This document shows, one piece after another, positions 1 through 13,759 of a DNA stretch of 64,000 nucleotides; the stretch's first letter is position 1; each line of letters starts with the position of its first letter. The DNA is from the human T2T-CHM13v2.0 reference genome, Homo sapiens. The DNA lies in assembly GCF_009914755.1 (NCBI RefSeq), contig NC_060938.1; one strand, given 5' to 3'. A program made the translations under genes and the position numbers. The notes under the pieces were generated by a model that worked only from the letters and a program-made list of their open reading frames with translations, did not search any database and was not told where the DNA came from.

Positions 1-256
1 GGTCTGTCCCGGATTCTGGAAGACTAGTAAGACCTTACCTAACTTTCTAGTATCCTTCCTTCCTTGTTTTTCCCTTCATCTCCCTTAATCATCCTTTGAG
101 AGAAGAGGGCTAAGTAATGCAAAAAACAAAACATCTTTAACTTACTCACAAATGTGAAAATACTCCAAGTACTTTTCACTAGGATTATTTGATTATGAGG
201 AATAAAGTATTACTTAAGCTAGCTAAAGAAAAGCCAGCTTAAGAATACATATGGAG

Positions 257-593
<337 letters not shown>

Positions 594-1231
594 TCATAGA
601 TATCTAAGTAGATGATCAGTAATAGGACTGGCCCTCAAGGAAATGGATCCAAACTCAAGGTCATTTAAGCATTTTAGGAGTTTTAGGGTCTTCTTTTAGT
701 GATTTACCATTAATAGATTGCAGCTACCACATCTCTGTCCTCACCACCATCACCATTGTGTGCTCCTCTGTCATTTCCTCTTCTCACCATATTTTTTTTT
801 TCTTTTCATTCAGGTTCTAAAGATTGACACTATGAGTGGCTATTCTCATATATTTTGTGAGGCCACATGGATCCTAGATCATTGGGTAGTAGTATATGAG
901 TTGTGAAAAAACTTCTGTGGTCAAATTGCTATTTCCGGTTCCATACCCATGGTTTGAGGTATATCATCATTTCTTTTATAAATATCCTTTTAGCTTCTGA
1001 AGAGACTTGAGAAGACCGGTTTCCTTTAAAAGGGTTACATATAGATCACGCTGTGAAACATGTCTAGGGTAAAAACGAATGAAATAAGTTAGCTTTTTCC
1101 AAGTCAGTGTTGAAGAACTAGCTAGCTTATTATATACTCCGTGGATATGACTAATTGTTGAAATTCTGCAAGATATGGTGTTACATTAAGAGACAAAACA
1201 TAGGTTACAATGTCCCATTGGCTTAATTTTT

Positions 1232-1335
1232 TAATCGAGTATTTATTGAGTACCTACTACTAGTCAGATATTCTGTCATCTGAAATTATAGGGATGCAAA
1301 AAACCTAGCTGAGTCCTTCAGGAGTGTTATAATTT
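1232..1335 (-). mobile_element. L2 3' end fragment
   Basis: TATTTATTGAGTACCTACTA... matches the reverse complement of the L2 3' terminus. Confidence 0.55.
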
Positions 1336-3147
1336 ACTGATCACAGCTATACAAGGAAATTTTTCCAAGATTTATGTCAACTAAAAAAATACGTGCATAG
1401 CCCATGAGCCTAAGATGTGGCTTTTATGTGTATCGCTACTCTTGTTCAATTTTATTCAAAATTTTGTGTAGTGAAATTAACATTAATTTGCTGCTAAGAT
1501 AATTGTCTTCATTGATCCAAGCAATATGGAAGGAGGCAAGAATGAGTAACTCTAGCTTATGCCTGAAAAACATTTAAAAAATATTGAAAGACTAAGAATT
1601 AAATACACAGTTTCTTGGTGGCTATTTTAGGGGCTGTCGTAAATGTTAGGTCTAGGGTATTGCCTTATCCTTGGATAAGGAGGGCACATAATGTAAAAAT
1701 AATAGTGCTCTGTTCTGTCAGCTCTTTGGAAGTATCTATTCTAAGAACTGTTTGGGGTACAGTTTATTTGTAATGAATATTAGTCCATTTTATTCCAATA
1801 TACAAAGTCAAGACAACTTTGTAACTCAGTTACAATTGAGGGAGACACACTATGAGTCCTTGCATGAGTATGCATCATGTATGAGCCCAATATTTACCCT
1901 GCCCAAAGTACTAGGTTTCAAAGATTATCACAATCCTACGGTGATTTCCTATTGCCAGGTAGGGTGAGTTAGCTGAGACAGTTCTACTTATTCAAAGTCT
2001 ATTTTCTAGCATGGCTAGAGCTTGGTGATGATTGAGCTATAGAGAATATTAAATCTTGCTAGACCAATTATACCATAATAACAGAGTATTATGCTGCTAC
2101 ATATTTTCAGGGAAAGTATTAAAAGCACTCCAAGAAAAGAACGATTAGAACTGTGTGATAGGTGAAAAGAAATGTCTGGTAAAACCTTTTCTAGGATTCT
2201 CCTAGATGTCATCTATGTTAGAGAAGAATTAAGCGTATACTAAATATATAGGCATGGGTTGTTCTTATTTTTGCTTTCTCTTCCATCCAGTTGATTAGGA
2301 GCAATTACCAGCACAGAATATTCTCCACAGAGCTCCGGAGAGAACATAAGGAAAGTATTAGAGTCTGCCCTTGACTTCTTTTTCTCAACATTAGAATTGT
2401 TATTTTTCTTCTTTTCTTTTTTTCTCTCTGGTGGGTGGCTTTGTAAGGAAGAATCTCAGGGCCTTGTGGCACCTCAGCAGGGATGAGAAACTGATGTACT
2501 CAGTGATTGGTTTTTAGTTTATTCTTTGTTTCAAGGAAAGCTTATGCACTATTTCTGCTCCTATATCAACAGTAGCTGGCATATTTGTGTCAAATTTGCC
2601 CAACGTGCTTACTGCTTTCTTGGTCCAATGTAAATGGCAGTTCATTCTGGCATATGGGCCCAGACAATGGAAGCTGCTTTGGCAATTAGACTTAAGAGCA
2701 CTAATTTGGATCTCATGAAGAAACAGGAATGGAAGCCACTGGCATACAATAAATATTTTGTTTGGTTTGTTTTCATTAGGTAGGTTAATTTAAATGGATA
2801 TTCCTCATTACTATCTAGTTTTATGTTACTCTACATATTATATGTCATAAAATATAGAAACCGTTAACAAACAGTAAACTTCCAAATTGTTCCATCAAAC
2901 TAGCAGTGAATATGCAGAGGGGTGCCAAGAAGTAGGGATGGAAGATTTTTGCCATTGTCCATAATCCCCTTCAGGCTATCCATTATTATTCCTGAATAGG
3001 TATACAATCATACACTCTAAGTAAAAACCATATGATTGCAATTCTTTAATTATCTCTCCCAATCAAATTGCTACCCATAATCTTTTCCAAAACAGAAATT
3101 TTGGAAATGCTACTGTTGCTGTTTCATCGACAACATTAGCTGGGACT

Positions 3148-3178
3148 TAATAAAGTATCAAACTAATAAAGTATCAAA
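3148..3178. repeat. 16-bp-period tandem duplication (TAATAAAGTATCAAA x2)
   Basis: Copies read directly at 3148-3162 and 3164-3178. Confidence 0.9.
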
Positions 3179-3211
3179 AATATATTTCTGATATTCTGCT
3201 TTCCTTTTCAG

Positions 3212-3356
3212 GACAAAAGAAAAAAAGTCTCTGACAAGTTCTATAGTTCAGAGACTTGGTCAAAGACATTTCTCTCTCTTTCTCTTGGCCATGTCATAGC
3301 CTTTTCCAAATATGAGAAAAGCAATCATCAGTAGCTAGAAGAGTCTCTAGACTGAG
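3212..3356 (+). other. Candidate 145-nt non-coding or cryptic exon
   Basis: TATTCTGCTTTCCTTTTCAG acceptor and GAG|GTATGT donor; no recognisable protein; motif evidence only. Confidence 0.2.
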
Positions 3357-5656
3357 GTATGTTGTTATAGTCGGGTCAGTTGAGCCTACTTTCAGCTTAT
3401 TTCACATCACAAAACTGTCATAAGACCAATACTTTCTTTGGAACAGGTACATTCAAATGCCACCAGGTTGCAAGCCTGGGGCAAAGGAAGGTAAACTTGT
3501 GTCAGTGAGCACATCATGTTGCAAAGGCATCATAATAATTGTATAGACAGCAAAGGATTGCATTTCACTACTGTGTAGCATCAAATACATAAGGCAAATG
3601 CAAACAAACTACTGTCACCTACCAAGATTGGGAACCCGAGAGGAAAAATCCTAAACTGTTCATTACAAGCCTAAATGAGCCCGTTAGACTTACATTAGAC
3701 TTAAGACAAAAGAGAAAGTAGTGCTACTGAACTGTCAGGGATGCAAAATTTCCTAATACCAGAGAAAGATCACCACAAATTCAAAAGCTGAGTCTATTGT
3801 ATTAACTATGTTATTTTTAATTTGGAAAATTAATAAGGCCAATATTAATATTAGTATTGTTTTTATGAACTTATTAATAGAGGTGACAGAAGAAAAACCT
3901 GAACAGCATCATTTCCATATTTGTCTTTTTTTTCTTGCTAGGAGTATTGCTAAAACAAAATGAGATTTTGGAGAAACTTGTTTGTTTCTGGTATATCTGG
4001 TGCTGATCAAAAAGAATCAAACAGAAAAGAAACTTCCGGTAAAATTTTGAAACCTGATTTTCATCAGAAGTTTATTTTGATTTTATTATGTTTGATGCTA
4101 CTGAGAGATAAGACAATCATGAAAGGTTTTGAGTATAGATTTTTAGAACTGAGTGATGAGCAAAACTGACAATTCATATTATTATCAAATCCTTTTGAGT
4201 CTACAAAATAGAAGGTTCCTTGAATTTTCTGACATCTTCACATCTCATCCTGACCCAGACTTAGAGGCTCTGACAAACATAAAAGTTGAAAAATACAAGC
4301 AAGAAAAAATTTTCAGCTGCAAACCTGTAAAAAACAAAGCAAAACCCACCAACCAACTAACCAAGCAAACAAAAAATAGTCTAATTCAGTTGAGGCTGAA
4401 TAGTCTTTTTAATATAAGGTGGCTCCACAAGGGCATTTGATCTAAAATTGAACTAACATAAATAAGAAACTGAAGTAGAATGTAAATTGCAATGTTGAGA
4501 ATTAGCTTTGCTTTGCTAGTTTCAGGTCAAAATGCAAACTCAAATCAGGAGAAGTATTTGTGTTGCCTAAAAATTTGTTGTACTTTTGTGTGTCCAAGTA
4601 ATCCCAGGAAATCTAGCTAATTACCTTTAGTTTATTAAAAACATGATAAAGCAAAGGAACATCTAGATAGTCTCATGTACTCTGCACACAGCTCACAGCA
4701 GTACTACAACCTCTTTTGATTTGCTTCAGCAAAATGAAACCTCTTCCATTCAAGGATGCTTTCTTTTTTCACCATTGTCATCATGTGGCTATTATTACCA
4801 CTATTATGACTACCACAATTTTCTGAATATTTGATAAGTGTACATTTAATGAGAGACATTAGGCAGGGGAAGCATGAAAAGCCTCCACCTCATTAGCCTG
4901 GATAACTTAACAGACTTAATCAACAACTGACGGCTGTCGTTTTTCCTGATCCTATTGCATCAGCAACATGGATACCATGTGATTCAGACAGCTCCCTGTT
5001 CAAAGAGAGCTCTAAGCATATCATTGCTTCCTGGAACAAGACGGGTGCTAACACTTAGGAAATTCTATGTTTCTTCTCTGAAGCATCCCACCTCTTTAGG
5101 AAACAATCCCAGAAGAGAGCAAAACAGTTCATGAGTCGGAATGATGAGGCCAATAGTGAAAGGAGTTACAAACAAGTAACCAAGTAATCTTCATATTTGA
5201 GATGCTATTTATTTACTCATTTATTTATAAGGTATTTTCTCTAATCATAAAGGAATTAGAAAAGGGGTTTTAATTATTTAACTTCTTTGAGGACTAGCAA
5301 AAGAGTTGTTTCTTGTATTGTACTGTCTGGTAAGGGACTAGCTTTAACCATATTCTCAATGCTATGACAGATTTAAAGGGTGTTAGCACCACCAATGCCG
5401 AGTTTCTAACCTACCTTTTTATGCATGATGCTATTTAGAGCACTGTTTGGAACACTACAGGAGAAATGTATGGGGAAAGGAGCCTGGAGGGACACTGGCT
5501 TTAATTTTAATTTCTTCTGAATTAGATAGCATTTTAAAATCCCAAGTGTACACATTAGTCTACGAAGCAGGAATAATTATGAAAGTGCTCCAGCCATCGC
5601 TGCGTATGGCCAGGCTGCTTGCTAGAAGCAGGGATAGGGGACAGTGCAGAGTGGTG

Positions 5657-5854
5657 AGAACATTGTGTCCTGCATTAAGTCCTGCTTCCCTCAGAGGCTA
5701 TGTGTCAGACGACTGGTACCCCGGTACTTCGGGCGGGTGAGCCAATTAGCACATTCCCTAGTCTGGAACTGTAGTTGCTGTGTATGTGATCTGCATACTA
5801 ATTCATCTGAGATTTGACCTTCTGGGCGGAGAAAAACAAGAATCCCAGGTGAGA
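5657..5854 (+). promoter_or_regulatory. Promoter/enhancer-like motif cluster with possible first-exon donor
   Basis: AGAACAttgTGTCCT (GRE/ARE-like) 5657-5671; GGGCGG 5731-5736 and 5824-5829; CCAAT 5742-5746; GGAACTGTAGT (ACTACA/ZNF143-THAP11-like) 5765-5775; CAG|GTGAGA at 5848/5849; local CpG excess. Confidence 0.45.
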
Positions 5855-6080
5855 GAGAACATTGGCCTAGATTTTCCTATCCCTTCTCCTCTGTTCTTTA
5901 TTTCCAGGCATCTTAACCCAGCTACTTTTTATGACTAACTCTGAGACTGGAAAAGTTTATTTCCCTTGAAAATTCAAATCAATGTATAGGATAAAAACTA
6001 CCAAAAAAATCATAGTTTTTACCTCCCTCTGCTAATGTCAAAAATGCAATGCAGGTGCTCCTTGTACGATTGACACCCTT

Positions 6081-6100
6081 GGCCCACATGGGGGCAGTAC
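6081..6100 (+). promoter_or_regulatory. Possible CTCF site
   Basis: CCACATGGGGGCAGTA versus CCACCAGGGGGCAGTA-type core (2 mismatches), next to the CpG-richer cluster. Confidence 0.35.
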
Positions 6101-9100
6101 TACGTAGTCAAAAGCCTCTGGGAGCTTTCAGGGCGTACAAAGAGTCTGGTTGGAGACAAATTTGAATGCATAAGGCAGAAGCAGGATAGTTTTTCATAAA
6201 CACAAGATTCCTTAGAGCCAATCATTACAGCGTTCTAAATGTTCTTGCTGAAGGAATTAGGAAGGAAAGATGTCTACCAAATTTCCAGCTGCTGTTGCAA
6301 TCACTTGCCGGGAGATGTTGGGGAAATTTTTTGATTGATGATTCCAGTTAATGCTACTTCTTTTAACATACACAATATGAAACAAACAAATTTTCATTGA
6401 ATTATCAAATTATATTCCAGGTTTGTTCGAAACAGCAACAATATGTCTTAGATATAGATTTTTAGTTTCTTACTGTATGATACGATGAGTTGCTTTTTGG
6501 TAAATTTTCAGATAAAGAATTTCTAGGGAAGCTGTAAAAGTAAGAATGCATTCATAGCCAATGGACCAGTATATTGAGTGCATGGAAGTTATTAGTGGCT
6601 TGATGATACTGAATAAATGTTTCCTTCAGATCTCTTTTAAGTTACAACAGCTACATAAATAAACATTGGCCTTATTATGCACTCATCTTATCTGAAGGGT
6701 TTTTGATGTTGGGAGGGGAAATCTTTTCCACCAAGATACTTGGGATTGATTAAGTTGGTTACTCGTTAGGCATATTTTAGAAATCCATGGAAAGAGCTAT
6801 AATGGTACATTGAGCTATAGTATCCCAAATCGTATAGTACTGAAAGACACAAAGTCACAAAGCATTTGTTTCCTTACTCAGAGGTGAGACTATAGCAAGT
6901 ACACCTTTAGATGGTGTCTCATTTCAACCTTCAGAAAACAAATTTTGAGTTAGCTGATGAGCTCCTGATCACGTTAGGTTGTGTCAAAACAGGGACAATG
7001 AGTCATTAAGACAGTCTGAGGCACGGTGTCATGGTGCAAACTATACAAATTCTTACAGAAGAGTCAATGGGCTCTCATGATAGTTTCACTGAACAGAACA
7101 GAGGAGTATCTGCCTCTGACACCATCAGCATTGGTTCTTGATACCCTTCCTCTCTGTACTTCTTTTTCTTCCTCTGTCTCTTATCTTTTGGATAAAATTA
7201 AACACTGATTTCTCTCCGTCTTCTTCCTTAACTTTATTCCCCCTTTCTGCTGATACACATACCAGAACATCCAATTGCACCCATGGAAATTGTTTATCCC
7301 TGAGGGGATCATTTGGTACCCAAATGGCTATGGATCCTGTGCCAGAGCAACAAGAGTATTAGAGAAGATTCAGTGTTTGCTTTTACATTCATTTGTTTTT
7401 TTCAAAATCTCATTAGTACAAAGGTTATTTCTCCCATTAAACCAGCTACTTAGAATAAGGTATATTAAAAAGCACAACTTTTTGCTTGCTTTAACATGGT
7501 AGCTTGAACTGGCATGATGGAAACTATCTTCCTGTTTTGTGAGTGTTTTAAATATGGAAGAAAGCATCTGCTTTGCCTCAGTCTGGGATATGGTAGATGA
7601 AATTTCTCGGACTGATTTTTCTATTCTAGCTCAGAAAATGATTTAAATGGCTATGGATTTGAACCTTGCCATAATGTCACCATAGAGTCATCTGGAAAGT
7701 TGTGATAAGCAAGTGTTATGCAAAAATTACTGTGTCCACCCCAACCCTTCTGGAAGTCAGTACACGAGCTCCGCGTGACACTTAAGCAAAATTATACAAT
7801 TGCTGTGTCTGTGTGGTCTGGTCTATTTTAATGAACATACAGGGAAGTGAATTGCATAGATGATATAGTGATAAACAACAGATTAATCTTTTTAATAACT
7901 TGAGATTTTGCTTGCTGGATTTTAATTTTTCTCTCCTCTAAAATACTAAGTAGAACTTATAACATAGTAATGTGGTTTTCTATTGCTTTTGGTGTAAAGA
8001 AATAGGATTAAGTTTAACTTACCCTTTTTCACTTATCATGTCTCTTAGGGCACCCACCTAAAAGCACGTTCTTCTTTGTGCTTTCTGCTCTGGCAGCACC
8101 AGACTCCACCTCTTCCAACCATACTTACTTCCTCTTCCTACTTCCAACTTGATCATTAGCAAGAGAGAGGGATGAATAAGAGGAGAAAGACAAAAAGTAA
8201 TTAATTCACTGAAGTGCAGCTGCAAATGAATTTTTGAAATAAATTATTAATTTTCTCTTTAATATTTCTGCATTGATACTGCTCTGTATCTGGGGATTGG
8301 AAGTGAGAGCTGTTTTGCTTCACAGCAGCAATGCCCTGGGTAGAGACAGCAGCACCTCATTTTAACTAGAATGTGTTGTGCTAACGTGGTATTTCTCTAA
8401 TCCATCAGCAACATGCTTTTAGCCAGCAGCATTTTAAATATGCGTGGATTTTTAAGTTTATGGCAGGTAGGGGAGGCATGCAGGATGGGGGCAGTTGCAA
8501 TAAAGGAGGTCAGGTGCCTTATTTTCTGTATCTCCTGGTGCCAGCTTCCTAAAGCACTGAAATCAAAACAAAAAGCAAACGTGTATAATGATTCTTGAGG
8601 AAAAGGTGGCATCACAAATCCAAAATCTTTTTTGCTTATTTAGGAGGGAGAAAAGATGCTGAATTGTATAGGAGATGTTACAGTTTGGAGTATTGACTAT
8701 CAACAACATGGAAAAGAATTATAAGTCTTTGTACTTCCTGACCAACCCAGGGCAGAGATCATGGAATGGTAGCAGGGTGACAGCACAGGTCTGCTCGATT
8801 ATCTTCACTGGACTCCACGTCTTCAGTCGGCTTTGAATCCAGATTACAGAACGCATCTTTTATCACTCCCTTTGCTCAAATCAAATGTTATCAGGAAATC
8901 TGCTTTTCTTGACCTCTGTGGCATGTGGTTGGAAGGTAAACCTTAGCATTTTATGGAAAAACTATTTTTAGCAACAGAAAGCAATGGTGCTGCTGCTTTG
9001 TTCAAAGATGTTGGCTCCAAATGGCAGAGGAATGATTGTTTCCACTTAAAGTGATTGATATGTCTACATACACTTGAGAGATAGAATTTCATTACCTATT

Positions 9101-10632
9101 CTTTCTATGGGGACTGACTGAATACAGTTTCAAAAGAAATAGGGAGCAGATTTGTGTAACAGAGTATCATTTTCTTCAATGAAATGAAGAAAAAAATGCC
9201 AGTGTATGACTATGTGAGGGGAGAAATGGTGGATGTTAAATAAAGTGAACAAAGATATGGAAAGAGTGAAGAAACTAACACAAAAATTGTTCAATACATA
9301 CCGTAATTAGGTTTTTAGCTTTCTGCCCAATGACAGTGAAATATTTCTATTGGTTCACTTGCAAAAGTATTTATTTTAAATTACCTGTAATGATCAAGCA
9401 CATAAAAAAAATAAGTATTATAAAAGGCTACCTAACAGAATTCAATTCATTCCATAATAATACCTAAGAATTAATGCTTTCATTTTGTATGGCATTTGAA
9501 GACTTGGAAACTCAAGTTACCAATACCTTGCAGATGATTTTAGAAGAGAAAATTAAGAAATCCAAACTCTAATTTGGGGTCGAACATAAAGGAAAACAAC
9601 TTAATGAGCTCTTAAAAATGTAATGCTCTTTTATAAAACAAGAAATACTTCTGCAACATAAAAATCTGTTTTCTCTCAAATGTTTTTCTCTAATGCTGTT
9701 TGGTTACCTCCTAAAGCCATTATTTCCAGCAGAGTCACAGAAATCCTCAGCTGTGTAGGCGGTCCCAGTAAATTTAGCAGCCAAGCCACATTTTGACATG
9801 TTAAGAATAGGCGTCTATAAATCTTCCCCAGCTTCTCCTGAGAAGATTAAATCTTTCTTTTCAAGAATTTGCTAAATTTCAGGAAATGCTGTAATGTAAC
9901 AAATGACTTGTAGACAAGGCTGAAGAAAGAGTAGAAGATAATGGAATCTCTTTGTTCAAGAACCAAGGCCCCAGAAACTAAAGGAAACTCCTGAAAGTTC
10001 TACATTATCTACCAGAAAAGAGAGAGAGGCTGGGGCAAATGAAATCCATCTTCCTGCAGTAGCAGTTGGATTCATGAACAGGGACGTGTCACAACCTCTA
10101 AAGAAGTCCCTATGTTGTCAAGGGAGATTTCTGCTTTCACAACCCATTTCTTTAAAACAGAGATGCCACAAATAAACTTTCAATTAAAAGAGACCTTCAA
10201 ATAGTCTGAATTGCCTTGTTTTTTTCTTATACCTAGCCAAACGGGGACCCAGGGCCCTGCCCTTTGTCTCCCAAGTGTACTTCAAAATGCATTTCCTAAC
10301 CTTTCTCTGAACAAGAAGAGCTCCTTGGATCGAGTGACATCTGGAAGAGACTTAAGCTACCTAATATGAACATAATGAACTAGAATGTACAGCATAGAGA
10401 GATAAGGAACTTATTGCAGGAATATTGGGAAGAAAAGCGAATTGAAGAAAGGACTATAAGTAGGCTGTGGGAAGGTGAGAGCCAAGGTTTCCCCAAATAC
10501 CCAAATGAAGGGGCATTACACCAGGGAGTGACTTTGCACCAATCATTTCCCAGGCATATATTATTTTTCTTCAATATTTCTAAATGCCAAGAAAAGATAG
10601 TCTAATTGGTTTTCCATGAGTCTTGGACTTAC

Positions 10633-10703
10633 CCACAGGCTGAGGATAAAGCTGAGAAACACACAGCCATCAGAACCACATCAGATGATGGTGGAGTAGT
10701 TCT
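10633..10703 (-). other. Candidate 71-nt minus-strand exon
   Basis: Minus strand reads TCTATTTTTCTTTTAG|AGAACT...TGTGG|GTAAGT; both splice sites strong; no protein homology recognised. Confidence 0.25.
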
Positions 10704-11579
10704 CTAAAAGAAAAATAGACCACTGTTACCAACAGAAGAAAAATAGATCTTGAACAGGAAGAAACAAACATGAGAAAAGAGAGAGAATGCCATTAGACAG
10801 CAAGTTTAACTTCCTAGTCAGATCATTCTGGGGTGCAAAGCTGATCTTCATCTCTCTTATCAGCACTTGCTCATCTCCCCAGTATCTTACTTTTCCTCAG
10901 TGAGTAGGAAAGTTGCTTCATAACTCACAGAAGGATAACTTATATTCTATTGGATGGGGCAGGTGGAAAAGAAAGAGTGGGGATGCTCCAGAAATACGAA
11001 CATCTGAGTTAGTCTCTACTCAGATTCATGCACATGGGACATAGATACCTAGGCACAGCTCCATATCCTCAGGAAGACCCCAGAACCACACGTTTATCTT
11101 TCTCTCATACCTTTGATTACCTATCTCCTACATCTACCTTCAAATTTTGAGTTTTGCTGTTTTAGATCACTGTCTTACAAGAACGTCTCTAACCATTAAT
11201 TATTGGTACTACTCTGCTAAAAGCCCCTAAAGTGTGGTTATTTGTGTCCCTCAGCATCTGTAGTTTCAAGATTATTTTCTCAGGATATCACTTTGGACAA
11301 TAAATGCTTTTGTTCCTCTGCAGTGACCTCCAAACCCATATGCCAAGCCTGACTCATAAAAAACAAAAAGGACCCACAGCTTGAAGAATTAGTTTTTGAG
11401 AAAATATGTTTTCACCTAAGGACAAATATATATCTAATTTTCACTAGTTTCTGAGCTTGTTATTTATCTGTATCCAGGGCACCTAATTTGTGTTTAATAC
11501 ATGTTCATCAAGTAAATAACTGAATAACTGAGATAGAAAATGAATACATATTTACTTGTATCTGACTATCAACCCCTTC

Positions 11580-11760
11580 TAGAAAGTTTAGAGAAGCAAT
11601 CTTAGAGGTTATCGTGTCTAACCCTGTCATATGTTATAAACTTGGGCATAGAGGCCAAGAGAAGGAGAATGACTTAATCTCAAATCTAATCTGTGACAGA
11701 GCAGAAAATCAAAGTCGGATGTTCTGAGTTTAAATCCAGTACTTATGACACTGTAACACC
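11580..11760 (-). mobile_element. MIR/MIR3 fragment
   Basis: CTTAGAGGTTATCGTGTCTAACCC...GAGGCCAAGAGAAGGAGAATGACTT resembles the reversed MIR core. Confidence 0.55.
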
Positions 11761-12289
11761 CAAGTAATTAAAGTTCTTTAAGTATGATATCTCATGTATA
11801 TATAAATAGATACCGTTGAATAGACTAAAAACCCAGTGGGATTTAAAGGCATAGTGTTAGAATAATAAAGGCAGGCCTTGAGGTTGAGGTTTAGCCCAGA
11901 GAGTGCCTAATTACAACATTAGTCTTGTAAACAGAACAAGATGACCCATTCACGTAGAAGGAGAGAGTCCTTCACTCCCCTCTCATCTTACCCATAATCT
12001 TCATTGTTCACTTTGCAGACTAGAAACATCCATCTCAGGGGAACATTTCCAGGACATGTCATGATAACAAGTTCCTCTATTTATTGATAATCGTGATCAA
12101 GTTAAGGAACTCCAGAGCAATTGTTAGGAGAGGAGAATGACCTTTTATTCTTTCCTTTTGCCTCAGGCTTTTGCCCAAACTCAGAACAGTGATATGTGTC
12201 TGTGCTTCAGTTGTAAGAATGAGTAAGAACCACCCCTGCAACAACCTCTGAAATGTCCTGGATCATCCTCCTAAGGGGCAGTGTCTCGT

Positions 12290-13615
<1,326 letters not shown>

Positions 13616-13744
13616 TATATCATAATGGGTGGTTTGGAATTAACTTGTTACAAGAAATATGCATTGAACTACAAGAAATTCCTAAAATAGTGCTCTAATC
13701 CAAAGGCCTGGATTTGCTGTCACTACGGTAAGACTGGGAAACAT

Positions 13745-13759
13745 GTTACCTCTGGCAAC
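13745..13759. promoter_or_regulatory. RFX X-box-like palindrome
   Basis: GTTACC-TCT-GGCAAC fits GTTNCC(N0-3)RGYAAC. Confidence 0.25.

Noticed and set aside
12052-12074. p53-like element GGACATGTCA-TGA-TAACAAGTTC
   Set aside because: Mismatches in both half-sites plus a spacer; no supporting context.
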